From positions 32,001 to 96,000 of the forward strand of contig CANMWZ010000001.1 in the NCBI GenBank assembly GCA_947501605.1: a stretch of 64,000 nucleotides of DNA, written 5' to 3'. Both the position numbers and the translations under genes were made by a program. This document shows, in pieces, positions 46,439 to 56,080 of the stretch. Below the pieces are notes generated by a model. The model was not told the origin of the DNA. It was given only the letters and a program-made list of their open reading frames with translations, and did no database searches. The stretch is from Planctomycetota bacterium (GTDB lineage: Bacteria > Planctomycetota > UBA1135 > UBA2386). How positions within the stretch are numbered: position 1 is the stretch's first letter; each line of letters begins with the position of its first letter.

Positions 46439-47425
46439 ATGCGCCACAAGACCCCTCGATTCCGGCCGTCCGCACCGCCAGCGCTGCTGCTGGGCCTTGT
46501 TCTGGTCGGGTGCGCCGCCGCAGGCAAGCAGGCCGAACTGACGGCTCCCCCGATCGCGCACTCCGACCAGCCGCTGGTGCTGCCCGGGATCGAGTCCAAG
46601 AAGGCGGCAGACCTCCCCGGCCTCCACAATGTGGTCGCCTACGCCGACGGTCTCTTGAGCGGCGCAGTGCCCGAGGGCGAGGCGGGGTTCGCGTCGCTGC
46701 AGGCCTTGGGGATCCACACCGTGGTCTCGGTCGACGGCGCTAGGCCCGACGTCGAGACCGCCACGCGCCACGGCATCCGCTACATCCACCTGCCGATCAG
46801 CTACGACACGGTGCCCGAGCTGCGGGCCCTGCAGCTGGCGCAGGTCGTCACCAACACCGAGGGCACGCTCTATGTGCACTGCCATCACGGCAAGCACCGC
46901 AGCGCCGCCGCGGTCGCCACCGCCGCCGTCACCGCCGGCCGGACGACGCCAACCGCCGCCGCCGAGCGCATGAAGATCTCCGGCACGACCCCCGCCTACA
47001 CCGGCTTGTGGTCCGCCGTTCGTAACGCTCGACCTGCCCCGCCCGCCGCCCTCGAGTGCGACCTCGCCACGCTGCCCTCGGTCGCGACGGTCAGTGGCAT
47101 GGTCGCGACAATGGCCGAACTCGACCTCGTCTTCGACCTGGTGAAGATCGCGAAGGAGAATCAATGGCAGGCGCCGTCCTTCCATCCCGACCTCGTCGCG
47201 CCGAAGGAGACGAGCCGCATGCGCGACCTGTTCTCGCAACTGCGGCACGACAAGGACTCGCTACTCCTCAGCGCTGACTACCAGGAGCGACTCCTGCGCG
47301 TGATCGACGAAACCACCAAACTCGACACCGCGGTTCGCGACGGGGATGCTGCTGCGGCCAACACGTGGTTCGACGCAGTCGGCAAGAGCTGCAAGGAATG
47401 CCACAAACCCTACCGGGACCAGTAA
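46439..47425 (+). CDS. Lipoprotein fusing a CX5R (PTP/DSP-like) domain with a C-terminal cytochrome c'-like domain
   Basis: Lipobox LVGC; VHCHHGKHRS P-loop (46877-46903); CKECH (47390-47404) at the end of a helical bundle. Confidence 0.82.
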   Translation: MRHKTPRFRPSAPPALLLGLVLVGCAAAGKQAELTAPPIAHSDQPLVLPGIESKKAADLPGLHNVVAYADGLLSGAVPEGEAGFASLQALGIHTVVSVDGARPDVETATRHGIRYIHLPISYDTVPELRALQLAQVVTNTEGTLYVHCHHGKHRSAAAVATAAVTAGRTTPTAAAERMKISGTTPAYTGLWSAVRNARPAPPAALECDLATLPSVATVSGMVATMAELDLVFDLVKIAKENQWQAPSFHPDLVAPKETSRMRDLFSQLRHDKDSLLLSADYQERLLRVIDETTKLDTAVRDGDAAAANTWFDAVGKSCKECHKPYRDQ

Positions 47426-47435
47426 GCGGATACCC

Positions 47436-48473
47436 ATGCGCCAAGCCCACACCTCTGCGTTCGTGCTCGCCACCCTCGTCCTCCTCAGTTTCTCCAGCTG
47501 CACTCGCGACCCAGCACCGTCTGGCCCGACGATCTACTGTTCGCTCGATGAACAGTTCAGCCGACCGCTGATCGAGCAGTTCGCCAAGGAGCTCGGAGTC
47601 ACGATTCAGGCCCGCTACGACACCGAAGCGGCCAAGACCGTCGGCCTCGTCAGTGCGATCCGCGAGGAGCGCGGCCATCCGCGCGCCTCGGTGTTCTGGA
47701 ACAACGAACTCGCGCACACCGTGAGCCTTGCGCAAGAGGGACTGCTCGAGCCTTACGTGTCCGCAAACGCTGCCGATGTTCCGGCGCAGTTCCGCGACCC
47801 CAATGGCTGTTGGACTGGGTTCGCCGCAAGAGCCCGGATCCTGGTGGTCAACACCCAACTGTTGCCGGATCGCAAGGACTGGCCGACGAGCTACAAGGAC
47901 CTGACGGATCCCAAGTGGAAGGGGCGGTGCGCCGTCGCGCGCCCGTTGACGGGAACGACGCTCACGCACTTCACGGCGCTGAAGAAGGCGCTCGGCGACG
48001 AGGCCTTCGAGCAGTTCTTCCAAGGCATGTTGGCCAACGACGTCAAGTTCTTGGCCAGCAACAGCGCCACTCTGCGTGAGACCGCGGCCGGCAGCGTGGC
48101 GTGGGCCTTCAGCGACACGGACGACTTCCATGTCGGCAAGTTGCGCGGCCAACCGATCGCTTGCGTGTTCCCGGACCAGGGTGCGGGCGAACTCGGCACG
48201 ATGCTGATCCCGAACTCGGTTGGTTTGGTCAAGGGCGGCCCGGACCAAGCCAACGCCAAGAAGCTGATCGACAAGATCCTCGCGCTCTCGACCGAAGGGC
48301 TGTTGGCCGCCGCAGAGAGCGCGCAGATCCCGCTTCGAGCCTCGGTAGATGGGCCGGGAGACGCCGACATCCTGCCGCTATCCGGCTTCCGCGCGATGGC
48401 GTGGGACATCGAATGGACGGCGCAGAACCTCTCGCGTTGCAACCAGGACTTCGGCAAGCGCTTCGGCCTTTGA
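47436..48473 (+). CDS. ABC substrate-binding lipoprotein, FbpA/AfuA-like
   Basis: Lipobox FSSC; WTGFAARAR, DLTDPKWKG, VFPDQG, AKKLID. Confidence 0.85.
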   Translation: MRQAHTSAFVLATLVLLSFSSCTRDPAPSGPTIYCSLDEQFSRPLIEQFAKELGVTIQARYDTEAAKTVGLVSAIREERGHPRASVFWNNELAHTVSLAQEGLLEPYVSANAADVPAQFRDPNGCWTGFAARARILVVNTQLLPDRKDWPTSYKDLTDPKWKGRCAVARPLTGTTLTHFTALKKALGDEAFEQFFQGMLANDVKFLASNSATLRETAAGSVAWAFSDTDDFHVGKLRGQPIACVFPDQGAGELGTMLIPNSVGLVKGGPDQANAKKLIDKILALSTEGLLAAAESAQIPLRASVDGPGDADILPLSGFRAMAWDIEWTAQNLSRCNQDFGKRFGL

Positions 48474-48502
48474 GTCCGCTCCGATCCTGACCCGGACTGA
48501 CC

Positions 48503-50131
48503 ATGATGTCCCGCACCGGCAGACACGGCCTCGTCGCAGAACTCGGGGCCCGCACGCCGATTTGGATTGCCGGCGCCTTCCTGGTCGTGTTCGTAGCGAT
48601 CCCGCTGCTGCTGCTGCTGTGGCAGACCGTCGCGTCGCCGGGCGGCCTGTCGCTGAGCGCGTGGCGGGAACTGCTGGCTGACGAGCGGGATGTCCAGCGC
48701 CTATTCGCGTCGTTGCGCCTCGGGCTCGCGGCAATGGCGGTCTCGGTGGCGCTCGGACTCGGGCACACTTGGTGCTCGCTCGGCCGCGACCTTCCGGGTG
48801 GCGCTTGGCTCGCCCCTCTCGGCATTGCCCCACTCGTGGTGCCGCCGATCTTCGTCGCGATGGGCTTTGCCGACCTGATGCCGGTCTCGGGCTTCTGGCC
48901 CTGCGCGCTGCTCCTCGGTGTTGCCCACGCCCCCTTCGTCGCGGTACTCGCCGCTCGCGGACTGCGCGCCGTCGACGGCCGCGGCTACGAGTCGGCACTG
49001 CTGCTCCGTGGACGCGGGCGCGCCGAACTGTGGCTTGCACGCGCGATCCTGCCCGAGCTGCTTGCCGGCTGCCTGCTCGCCTTCTTGTTCACCGTCGCCG
49101 AACACGGCGTGCCCGAGTTCTTGACCGTCAAGGGCAAGACATGGCACACCTATGCTGAGGGCATCTACTCACGCTGGACGCGCCGAGCAACAGGCGTGAC
49201 CTTCGCCGACCAGCAGAGTCCGATCATCGCCTCGGTGCCGTTGGTTGCAGCATTGCTGACCATGCTCTGGCTGACGCTGCGGCTGCGGGCCCACGCCCAG
49301 GACCGCGCCGTACAGCAACCGCTGCCGCTGCGACCACTGGGTATCTGGCGCGTGCCCGCCTTGCTCGTGCCGGCGCTGTACCTCGGTGCCGGGCTCGTCA
49401 TGCCGATCGTGGTGCTGGTGCGGTGGACGCTCGGCTCGGCGCAGAAGGTCGACCCGATGTCGATCGCATTCGCGCAGAAGAGCTTCCAGAAGGCCATGGA
49501 CCAAGGGCTGCCGGACCTCATGCACTCCCTCTGGCTCGCCGCTGGCACAGCACTCGTCGTCTCGCTGCTGGCGTTGCCGCTGGCGCGCAGAGCGGGCCGC
49601 GGCAACCGCGCGTTGGAGGTACTCTGCGCGTTGCCACTGGCAGCGCCGGCAATCTTGTTGGGCATCGGCCTCGTGCTGACCTTCAACAGCGGGCCGCTCG
49701 CAGAACTGTTCGGCTTCTCCTTCTACGACGGCTGGGGGTTTGCTCTGTGCGGCTACGCGGCGCGCTTCCTGCCGTTTGCGGTGCTGACTTTGGCTGCACA
49801 GGTGCGCCGCGTTCCGATCGGCTCCGACGATGCCGCCCGCTTGCTGCCGCGCTCGCGCTTGGCTCGCGCCGTGTACATCCACCTGCCGCCGCTATTGCCG
49901 GCATCGTGGTCGGCAGCCGTGCTGGTGTTCGTGCTGGCGCTGCGCGAACTCGACCTCGCCGTGCTGTTGCCCGCCGCCAACGCAACGGCGGTCCGCCGCC
50001 TAGCAAACGCCGTGCACTTTCAGCACGAGGACTGGAGCGGTGTCATCGCGCTGCTCTTGCTCACTGCCGCTGTGCTGCTGCCCTTGCTCCCTTCCTTGAT
50101 CGCCGGCCGCCGGCTCCAGTCCCTCTCGTGA
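48503..50131 (+). CDS. ABC permease, FbpB/ThiP-like (two fused halves)
   Basis: About 12 TM segments; degenerate EAA motifs YESALLLRG and DDAARL; FVLALREL. Confidence 0.85.
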   Translation: MMSRTGRHGLVAELGARTPIWIAGAFLVVFVAIPLLLLLWQTVASPGGLSLSAWRELLADERDVQRLFASLRLGLAAMAVSVALGLGHTWCSLGRDLPGGAWLAPLGIAPLVVPPIFVAMGFADLMPVSGFWPCALLLGVAHAPFVAVLAARGLRAVDGRGYESALLLRGRGRAELWLARAILPELLAGCLLAFLFTVAEHGVPEFLTVKGKTWHTYAEGIYSRWTRRATGVTFADQQSPIIASVPLVAALLTMLWLTLRLRAHAQDRAVQQPLPLRPLGIWRVPALLVPALYLGAGLVMPIVVLVRWTLGSAQKVDPMSIAFAQKSFQKAMDQGLPDLMHSLWLAAGTALVVSLLALPLARRAGRGNRALEVLCALPLAAPAILLGIGLVLTFNSGPLAELFGFSFYDGWGFALCGYAARFLPFAVLTLAAQVRRVPIGSDDAARLLPRSRLARAVYIHLPPLLPASWSAAVLVFVLALRELDLAVLLPAANATAVRRLANAVHFQHEDWSGVIALLLLTAAVLLPLLPSLIAGRRLQSLS

Positions 50132-51171
50132 CCTCCAATAACGCTGTCGATGTGCAGGATCTCGTGCTCGAGCGGGGCAGTTTCCGCTTGGGTCCGTGCA
50201 CGTTCCGAACCGCTGCCGGTGGTCGCCTCGCGATCGTCGGACCGTCGGGCTCCGGCAAGACCACACTGCTGCGGTGCCTCGCCGGCCTCGAACGTAAGCA
50301 CTCGGGAACGATCCGCATCGGCGGCGAAGTCATGCACTCCGAGGACCAGGACGTTGCCCCCAACGCGCGCGGCATCGGGCTCGTGTTTCAGGACGGCGCA
50401 CTGTGGCCGCACATGACCGCTTTGCAGCATCTGCGCTTTGCGGCTCCACACCTGGACGAGCGCGCCGCCAAAGCGCTGCTCGATCGCGGCGGCCTCCTCG
50501 CACTCGTACACCGCAAGTCGGGGGCGATGTCCGGCGGCGAAGCGCAGCGCCTCGGGCTGCTTCGCGCCATCGCGGCAAATCCGCGGCTACTGCTGCTCGA
50601 CGAGCCGCTTCGCTCCGTTGACGTTCACCAGCGCGATTCCCTGGTGTTGCTGCTGCGGGCTTTGTGCGACGAACGAGCGCTCACCAGCATTCTCGTGACG
50701 CACGACCGCGACGAGGCCCTGGCCCTGGCCAACGATCTGGTCGTCATGCGCGACGGCCGCATCGTCGAGCACGGTGCGTCGAGTGCATTGCTGACTTCGC
50801 CCAAGACGGCCTTCACGGCCGCGTTCCTGGCTTCGGCGGCGTGCCTGCCGGTCGAAGACGGCGGCAAGGGCATGGCCGCCACACCGTTTGGGCCAATGCC
50901 ATGCACCGGCGATGCGCGCACGCTGCGGCTCGTGCTGATGCCCGGCGACGTGCAGGCGACGCCCGTGACCGACACCTCCGCCCGGAGCACTCCGCGCGGC
51001 ACCGTGATTGCCTGCTTGCCGCAGGGTTCTACGTTCGTCGTGCGCGTTGCGTTCGGCGATCAGATCCTCCCTGCGATGGCGACCGCGAGCATCCGCGCCG
51101 GCGACGCCGCCGAACTTCACCTACAACAGCCTGCGCGCCTTTTGCCGTGGGACGCCCCTCCCTCACCATGA
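50128..51171 (+). CDS. ABC ATP-binding protein, FbpC/PotA-like
   Basis: GPSGSGKT, VFQDGALWPHMT, MSGGEAQR, LLLDEP, VTHD; GTGA overlap. Confidence 0.92.
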   Translation: MTSNNAVDVQDLVLERGSFRLGPCTFRTAAGGRLAIVGPSGSGKTTLLRCLAGLERKHSGTIRIGGEVMHSEDQDVAPNARGIGLVFQDGALWPHMTALQHLRFAAPHLDERAAKALLDRGGLLALVHRKSGAMSGGEAQRLGLLRAIAANPRLLLLDEPLRSVDVHQRDSLVLLLRALCDERALTSILVTHDRDEALALANDLVVMRDGRIVEHGASSALLTSPKTAFTAAFLASAACLPVEDGGKGMAATPFGPMPCTGDARTLRLVLMPGDVQATPVTDTSARSTPRGTVIACLPQGSTFVVRVAFGDQILPAMATASIRAGDAAELHLQQPARLLPWDAPPSP

Positions 51172-52184
51172 ACCTGCCCACTCGCCTCGCCCTCGCCGCC
51201 GCCATCGTCGGCACGTTTGCGGCCGGCATCGCGTTCCTCTCCGGCTGCAACGTCCCGGCTCGAGCGGAATCGTCCCAGCGTTGGGAATCGGCGCGTCAGT
51301 GCCAGAGTTGTCATCCAGAAGCGTTCGCCGAGTGGCAGACATCGCACCACGGCATCGCCTTCACCAATCCCGAAGTGCGCGCCCTCAGCGACGACTTCCG
51401 ACGCGAAGAGTGCATGGACTGCCACCTGCCGCGACCGCTCGCGGTCACCGGCTTCGGCAAGCGCACGTTGCCGCGACGCACCCACTTCGATGAGGGCGTG
51501 AGCTGCATCAGTTGCCACCTTGGCGAGGACGGCGGCATCGTCGCTCGCAACAACCGCCCCGAGGTGCCGTGCAAGCCCAAACGCAGCGAGGCCTTCTTGT
51601 CGGTCGACGCGTGCATGAGTTGCCACAACCAGCACCAGACCACGGACCAGTGGCGCGCGAGCCACTACGCGGCCCAGGGCATCCACTGCACCAACTGCCA
51701 CATGCCCGAGGCAGATCGCAAGCGGCCGGACGGCACGATCCGCAAGGGCCGAAGCCACATCTATCCCGGCGCCCACGACAAGAGCATGTTGGCGAAGGCC
51801 GCTACGTTCACTGCCGAACGACAGGGCAACGAGTTGGTGCTGGCACTCGAAAACACCGGCGCCGGCCACAACTTCCCCACCGAGGAACGCCATCGCGCGG
51901 TCGACCTGGAGTACCAGTTCGAAGACACGACCGGTCCGATCGCTGGCCTTGGCACTGGCGGCGCCCCCGAGTGGAGCCGAGCGTGGCGGTTCCGTCAGCC
52001 CTACCGCGACGAACCCGGCGAGAACACGCAGTTGCCGGCTGGCAAGAAGCATGAAGTTCGCGTTGCGGCACCGGCCGGCGCCACGGCCGTCACGGTGCGG
52101 ATGTGGTATCGACTGACACCGATGTGCAACGATCTGGACCCCCGCAGCACGTTGCTCGAAGAACGCAAGTTGGAGTGGCAATGA
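51168..52184 (+). CDS. Pentaheme cytochrome c, probable lipoprotein
   Basis: CQSCH, CMDCH, CISCH, CMSCH, CTNCH; LSGC lipobox; C-terminal beta domain after AGHNFPT; ATGA overlap. Confidence 0.9.
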   Translation: MNLPTRLALAAAIVGTFAAGIAFLSGCNVPARAESSQRWESARQCQSCHPEAFAEWQTSHHGIAFTNPEVRALSDDFRREECMDCHLPRPLAVTGFGKRTLPRRTHFDEGVSCISCHLGEDGGIVARNNRPEVPCKPKRSEAFLSVDACMSCHNQHQTTDQWRASHYAAQGIHCTNCHMPEADRKRPDGTIRKGRSHIYPGAHDKSMLAKAATFTAERQGNELVLALENTGAGHNFPTEERHRAVDLEYQFEDTTGPIAGLGTGGAPEWSRAWRFRQPYRDEPGENTQLPAGKKHEVRVAAPAGATAVTVRMWYRLTPMCNDLDPRSTLLEERKLEWQ

Positions 52185-53431
52185 GAACCTTGACGACGCT
52201 CTCCGTCCTCGTGGCGATTCTCGCCGCGTGCGGCGGCGAGCCGCAGAGCACCCACCCGAAGATGCCAGCGCTGCCACCGCTGCAACTGCTGCCGCGCATC
52301 GAGGAGTTGAAGCAGCTCGGCAGCCGGCCGGTAGTCAGCTTGTCCGACGTGCAACAGCGGGAGCTTCAGGAGTACGCCGACGTGGTGCTCGGTCTCACCG
52401 AGGCCGACGAACGCATCCAGAAGCGAGCCGAACGCAATCTGCTCGAAAGCGAACACGCGGGTGCCGTTCTCATTCCTGCGCTCAAGCACAAGGACGCCGC
52501 GGTGCGCTCGCGCGCGGCGTGGCTGCTCGGCCGCACGAGTCGATCGATTCTCCAGTTCCCCTTGTTGCTGCGCCTCAAGGACGAAACCGAGCCTGCGGTC
52601 ACGGTGTGGATCGCCGAGGCGCTGCATCGCCTCGGCAATGATGCTGGCCTTGTGTGGATCGACGCGGCGATCAACCACGAAGCCACCGCTCAAGAAGCGG
52701 GCACGGCAGCACTCAACCTGCTGCGAGAGGACGGCGCGACCTTGGCGGAGCAGCCGACGTGGCTGGAACTGCAGCAAGAGCTGCAACAGCGCACGAAGAC
52801 ATGGCGGCGCACCGGCATCGGCTCGCGCGACGGGGTCACCCCCCCGGACGCGGCGGAGGTTCTGGCCATCCTGTGCAAACACCTGTCGATCACCGAGAGC
52901 TTCTTGTTGCGGCCGATCGACGAAGCGAAGTTCGTCATCATCCGCAGCGGTGTGCTGGCGCTGCCGACGGTCGAGATCGCCATCACCGCTGCCGAACCCT
53001 ACCTGCGCTCCGTGGCGCTGCAGATCCTCGCCGAACTCGGACGCACGGCGAACCCGCTGTGCACCAAAACGCTGCCACTGCTCGAGGATCCGCTGACCGC
53101 GGCCTACGCCATGCGCGCGCTCGGCGAACTGGGTTGCAGTGACGCGACGGCGCACTTGGTGGCGCGCCTCTCGAGCCCGGACATCGAACTGCGCGCGAGC
53201 GCCGCCGGTGCGCTCGGCCTCTTTGGCGCCACCGAGCATGCGCCGGCACTGGCAGCCCTGATGGCCGACGCGAACGAGGCGATGGACGTCCGCGTGCAGT
53301 CGGCTTTCGCGTTGCGTTGCATCGGCGACAACAGCGCCGCAGTGGCGTTCCTCGCCGAGCGCAAACAGAAGGGCGACTACCACGCGCCGACACTGCAGAT
53401 CCTCGAAGACCGACTCACGCAGAATCGCTGA
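52181..53431 (+). CDS. HEAT-repeat lipoprotein
   Basis: Lipobox LAAC; repeats such as VRSRAAWLLG, LRASAAGALG, VRVQSAFAL; ATGA overlap. Confidence 0.82.
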   Translation: MRTLTTLSVLVAILAACGGEPQSTHPKMPALPPLQLLPRIEELKQLGSRPVVSLSDVQQRELQEYADVVLGLTEADERIQKRAERNLLESEHAGAVLIPALKHKDAAVRSRAAWLLGRTSRSILQFPLLLRLKDETEPAVTVWIAEALHRLGNDAGLVWIDAAINHEATAQEAGTAALNLLREDGATLAEQPTWLELQQELQQRTKTWRRTGIGSRDGVTPPDAAEVLAILCKHLSITESFLLRPIDEAKFVIIRSGVLALPTVEIAITAAEPYLRSVALQILAELGRTANPLCTKTLPLLEDPLTAAYAMRALGELGCSDATAHLVARLSSPDIELRASAAGALGLFGATEHAPALAALMADANEAMDVRVQSAFALRCIGDNSAAVAFLAERKQKGDYHAPTLQILEDRLTQNR

Positions 53432-53458
53432 ACCGCGCCAAGACTGGGCGCACGGCCG

Positions 53459-54772
53459 CTACTTCGCGGTCGGGGTCGCGGCAGCAGCGGCGTTTGGCAC
53501 GCGACCGGGGACGGCAGCCTGCGGCATGCCGTAGCCCGGCGGTCGCGCCAACAGCACGACTTGGCCGTCGAAGCCGCTGCAGACCAGTTCGTCCGTCGTG
53601 TTGCGACCGTCGAGCTCCCCGACTGCGAGCCAGTGCCCCTGCTGCAGACTCTGCCAGAGCACCTCGGCCTGCCAACCACCGGCGGGACCTCGCGTGATCA
53701 GATGCACCGCCCGGCCGTAGCCGTAGACGGCGACCGCCTCGCGACCATCCTCATGGAAGCGACCGGCAGCGACACCGCGCAGGCCCTGTTCGCCAGCGAA
53801 GACCACCTCGCGGGCGACGCGCCCGTCGGCGCCCTTCTGGTAGCGCAGCAGTACGCCATCGTCACGCGTGGCATAGAGGACCGTGGCCTCCCCGTCGCGC
53901 GCGGGTCGCACGGCAAGTCGCCCCAGACCGCTGGTCTCGTGCGCGAGAACTTCGCTGCGCAGGACCCCGTTGTCCACCGACAGCGACAGGAGATCGCCAC
54001 TGCGTGACACTGCCAGGATCGCCGCCTCACCGGTGCGTGGATCGCGAAGCACCACGGTGTCGCGCACACGACCCACTACCTCCCCCAGCTTCTGCATGCG
54101 GAAGGCCCCAGCCTTGTCGGCGGCCGTCAACTGATAGACGGCGCCAGTGATGCCAAAGGCGAGCAGCTCACAACCCGCACGCTTGCTGTCGACGTCGGCG
54201 GCCAGGACGGCATGAAACTCCTCACCTGGAGCGTGACCGATCTCGACGCTCTGCAATTCGAACTTGCCGAACGGCAACGGCTGCAGCGTCAACTGGTGCA
54301 CGTTGCCACTCTTGCCGGCGGCGTAGAGCTCTTCACCGGGGATCCGTGGGTCGACGTCCGCCGGCGTGGTCGGCGCCAGCCACTGGCCATCGGGCGCGGT
54401 CCAACTCTCGCTCCACTTGCCGCTATAGACCGTCAACACCAACACGCGGCCCTTGTCGTCGGTCGCGATGACCTCGTTGTGACCGTAGACCGCGATGACC
54501 TTGGCCACCTGCAGGTACCACACGCCTGCGTCGCCGTTGTAGATCAACGTGCCACGCCAGTCGGGTGCAGTCGGGACTGGCACTTCGCCTTCGCTCGGAT
54601 GTTGCGGGAACGGCGCCTGTAGCACACCACTGGAGCTGGATTGGCCCGCATCGACAGCGGTCGTCGCCGCACTCTGGCTCGCAGTTGGCACCGCCGCAGT
54701 CGGTCGCGGTGCAGTGCACGAAGACGCGATCAGGGCGAAGGCGAAGATGCGGATCTGCGGGCGGATCGTCAT
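53459..54772 (-). CDS. Lipoprotein with FG-GAP/VCBS-like beta-propeller repeats
   Basis: Lipobox ASSC; repeats ADVDPRIPGEEL, ADVDSKRAGCEL, GELDGRNTTDEL. Confidence 0.68.
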   Translation of the reverse strand: MTIRPQIRIFAFALIASSCTAPRPTAAVPTASQSAATTAVDAGQSSSSGVLQAPFPQHPSEGEVPVPTAPDWRGTLIYNGDAGVWYLQVAKVIAVYGHNEVIATDDKGRVLVLTVYSGKWSESWTAPDGQWLAPTTPADVDPRIPGEELYAAGKSGNVHQLTLQPLPFGKFELQSVEIGHAPGEEFHAVLAADVDSKRAGCELLAFGITGAVYQLTAADKAGAFRMQKLGEVVGRVRDTVVLRDPRTGEAAILAVSRSGDLLSLSVDNGVLRSEVLAHETSGLGRLAVRPARDGEATVLYATRDDGVLLRYQKGADGRVAREVVFAGEQGLRGVAAGRFHEDGREAVAVYGYGRAVHLITRGPAGGWQAEVLWQSLQQGHWLAVGELDGRNTTDELVCSGFDGQVVLLARPPGYGMPQAAVPGRVPNAAAAATPTAK

Positions 54773-54925
54773 CGAATGCAAACGGACAGGGGCATGCGGC
54801 GCGGATGCGCGGTCGCGCACTCTAGCGAACACCGACAGGCGCCGCTCACCGCAGCAAGAGCCAAGTGGCCCACGGCATCGAGCCAGATGCGGCAAACGGC
54901 AACCTGCGCTGCGTTGGCCTACGGA

Positions 54926-56080
54926 TCAGCGGAATCCGTCGCCCGCAAGCACCGGCTCGCGCCGCGCGCCGACGTTCAAGCACAGCGACACGGCAAGCAG
55001 AGTCGCCAGTGCCGAACTGCCGCCGTAGCTCAGCAGCGGCATCGGCAGCCCCGTCGACGGCACGAGCCAGCCGCAGACGGCGACGTGGATCAGCGACTGA
55101 CTACCAATCCAGGCGGCGACGCCGACACACAGCAATCGGCCGAAGCGCTCGCGAGTGCGTTGCGCGATACGCAGCAAGCCGATCACCAGCGTGGCGTAGA
55201 GGCCCAGTACTCCCATGCTGCCAAACCACCCGATCTCCTCGCCGACTACCGCGAAGATGTAGTCTTCGCTGCGGTACGGCAAGAAGTCGTAGCGGTTCTG
55301 CGGCCCGTGCCCGAGACCGAAGCCAGTCATGCCGCCGCTGCCCATTGCGATCAATCCTTGCCACGGTTGGTACGCAGCCTCGCGCAGCAGGTCGCGCACG
55401 TCGCGCGAGTTCTCGTCCCAGTTCCAGTGCTGGGCCCATACGTCGACGCGCTGCTTTTGGTAGCCGTGCATCACCGAGAAGTAGGCGGCGATGAAGGCAA
55501 AGAAGCCGATCGAACACAGCACCGCCACGTGGCGGCCACGCGCACCGGCGGCGTAGCTCATCGCCAAGGTGATGGGAACGTAGACCAGGGTGCTGCCGAG
55601 ATCGGGTTGTACGAGCACGAGGCAGGCTGGGATGCCAGCGACGATGCCGGGCAGCAACAGGCTCGTGCTGAGCGATGCCCGCCGCTCAAAGCGCAGCAAC
55701 GCGGCGAGACCGATGACGGCGCCGAGCTTGGCAAACTCGCTGGGTTGGATCAGCAAACCCGGCAGTGAGTACCACCGCCGCGAGCCATTGATGACCGAAC
55801 CGAACAACGGCAGCCCGAGCAACGACAAAACCGCGCCGCCGTAGGCCAGCCACGCCAGCCGCATCGCGTGCACGTAGTGCGGCAGCAGACACAGCAGGCC
55901 GAAGCCAAGTCCGACGACCAGGAACAACGCTTGCTTGCCGAACTGCGGTGCGAAGCGAGGATCGTCCTGCGTGGTGGAACGCAGGAACGCGAGGCTGACG
56001 ACACAAATGGCGCAGGTGACGAGCCAGAGCCACCAGTCGACGTTTCGCAGCACTGCGAGCGGGTTCTTGTGCAGCCTCAT
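54926..56080 (-). CDS. rodA: Rod shape-determining SEDS glycosyltransferase RodA
   Basis: NGSRRW, IQPSEFAK, QPDLGS, AMGSGG, DYIFAVVGEEIG, TGLPMPLLSYGGSS. Confidence 0.93.
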   Translation of the reverse strand: MRLHKNPLAVLRNVDWWLWLVTCAICVVSLAFLRSTTQDDPRFAPQFGKQALFLVVGLGFGLLCLLPHYVHAMRLAWLAYGGAVLSLLGLPLFGSVINGSRRWYSLPGLLIQPSEFAKLGAVIGLAALLRFERRASLSTSLLLPGIVAGIPACLVLVQPDLGSTLVYVPITLAMSYAAGARGRHVAVLCSIGFFAFIAAYFSVMHGYQKQRVDVWAQHWNWDENSRDVRDLLREAAYQPWQGLIAMGSGGMTGFGLGHGPQNRYDFLPYRSEDYIFAVVGEEIGWFGSMGVLGLYATLVIGLLRIAQRTRERFGRLLCVGVAAWIGSQSLIHVAVCGWLVPSTGLPMPLLSYGGSSALATLLAVSLCLNVGARREPVLAGDGFR

